64,000 bases of DNA. Origin: Macrostomum hystrix (taxonomy: Eukaryota > Animalia > Platyhelminthes). Under the pieces are notes generated by a model. That model ran no database searches, was not told the origin of the DNA, and worked only from the letters and a program-made list of their open reading frames with translations. The stretch lies in the NCBI GenBank assembly GCA_950097015.1, contig CATNEN010000038.1, forward strand, positions 12,586,001 to 12,650,000. The letters run 5' to 3'. Of the stretch, positions 62,237 to 64,000 are shown piece after piece; the stretch's first letter is position 1, and every line of letters starts with the position of its first letter. The position numbers and the translations under genes were made by a program.

Positions 62237-64000
62237 TTCAAGTAGTATGTCGCACTCGCAGTTGCTGAAATATTTCTGTCTATCAAGTCAACCTGGATCC
62301 TGATCATCTGTTGGCCCAACCGTCCAAGAGATAGACTGCACTTGTCAGGCTCAAAGGGAGTGGCCATGGCCCGTGGAACCACCTCAACTGAGGGCATGAA
62401 GATCATACGATGGAACCTGTAGGACAATCATTGGGTCATCTGAAGACTAAAGGTATTTGATTGTCTGTAAAGTATTTTTACTATGTGCTTGAAAGTATTT
62501 ACATAATTACATTTAATTATTGAAGAGTTAAGGATCTTAGATCAACTTTAATGATAAATTTTTTTTGAAAATTTTTCTGGGGGTGACCACCCAGCCGGGG
62601 GGTGACCACCCAACCCATACATGCGCAACCTCCCAAATCTTAGCTGGCCGTGCGACTTAGTTTTTGCTCTCATTTGCGACTTAGTTCGTTTCATTGCTCT
62701 ATTTACGACTTAGTTTGCTCTCATTTGCTCTCTTTTTCTCTCCCCTTTTTCCTTTTTTTCACGCCTTCCTTTTTTGTCCCTTGGTCCCCCCTTTGATTTT
62801 TTTGCGCTTGGTTGATTGGTTTTTGCGACTTACCTTGCTTGGCCCTCGTTTCACCCGGCCGGTTCGGCTGGGTCGGCCGGGTGTTGAGCATGTATGACCC
62901 AACCACTGCCCCCCCCAGCTGGAGGGCCTGCGCCGCCACTGCAAATAAGTAAATAAAAGACCAGGCACCAAAAAGCCTGGCACCAAAAAGCATAGGCACT
63001 ATAATGCAAAGCAACCACTGTGACACTGCCATTTGCTATCTTGACAATATATTCATTTTATTTTGTTTTTTCTTGTTAAAGGCCCAGCTACACTGTCTTT
63101 ATATTGTCAATATGACATATTAGGCCTAATATATTTAATCTGAATAGAAGCTATATTTAGGCCTAGTAGTGACTACTGTATTGCAACCAAATAAACAATA
63201 AAGAATACAATCCACTTTGGTAACAGGCACTTTAGGTTTTGAGTCTGTGGTTGGCTCAACAACAACTGCTGAACTGCATTGGCCATATGACAAATGAATT
63301 CAAGACAGTAACAATGACAACTTAATTAATAGTAGGCTAGTAAAAAATGCTACCTAAATTAAAAGGCAGGTTTTCTTACTGTGGCAGTAAGCACTGCCAC
63401 CCCAGGAAAATGGCAGGAAATACTCTATGACAAATGAATCAGTGACTGCATATTTATTAAGAATTACCAAAAAAATTGGCTTCTCACTTTAGCCTTAGGA
63501 AATGTAGTGTTGCCAAAATATTATTATTCTAAAAAAACTGCTATCCATTTCGATATTTGGATATTTTTTTAGTCAGTGCCAGTTTTTATAAATTTAGTCG
63601 GCCCTATGTATTCTGGCTCAGGCATTATTCACCTGTTGTGGAAGGACGCAGGAGTTGATTGACTTATATATTTAAAAAAATTAAATATTTTGAGCTGACC
63701 TGCATAGCTCTTAAATATTAGCGCTTTAATATGAGAGCCTGTGGTATGGTAGCTTGCTTAACAGAAAATTGAAGGTGGAAAGGAAGTAGCATTCGTAACA
63801 GTATAGAGTGGCAGGCATGTTATCGAAACACGATAAAATAAATATTCAAATTAGATTCGCGCCCAACTTAACACTTTTAAACAAAGTTTCTCGTTTTCGC
63901 ATTTTTCTGACGCCCCGTGAAGACATTTTCTTTTTAAACTAGGCGCACAAAACTTCGATAAACCTTGAAAAAACAAGTATACACTTGTCACTTTTAGCTT

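Larger units (their letters stand above)
58132..62941 (+). mobile_element. Full-length hAT DNA transposon (ZMYM1/DUF4371-type transposase), 4810 bp
   Basis: TIR CAGTGGCAGCGCAGG at 58132 vs reverse complement of the right end CAGTGGCGGCGCAGG (ends 62941), 14/15 match. Perfect 8-bp TSD CAAATAAG at 58124-58131 and 62942-62949. Subterminal GGTGACCACCC repeats at both ends. Confidence 0.96.

Overview
Eukaryotic (animal) genomic DNA. GT-AG introns, introns and spacers full of minisatellites, and GC-rich coding exons resemble the free-living flatworm Macrostomum; this attribution is an inference and is not verified. The left 35 kb holds five protein genes, all on the minus strand, in transcription order: dystroglycan (9 exons, ~1256 aa, duplicated Ig/SEA-like modules, no PPxY tail), mitochondrial aconitase (4 exons), SHOC2/Sur-8 (single coding exon), an SLC35A3-like nucleotide-sugar transporter (3 exons), and a secreted protein made of a duplicated cassette of sushi/CCP-like domains plus a WSC domain. 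The first four genes each have a splice acceptor shortly before the ATG, so they may form a trans-spliced operon, possibly with an unannotated small cistron at 7.5-9 kb. 36-51 kb has no convincing coding sequence. 51.9-54 kb has orphan exon-like segments. 58132-62941 is a full-length but dead hAT transposon with TIRs and an 8-bp TSD. It carries an LTR-like insert and lies in a strongly CpG-depleted block, and its conserved residues appear to have been lost through CpG transitions. Exon models were read by eye and need RNA-seq confirmation.
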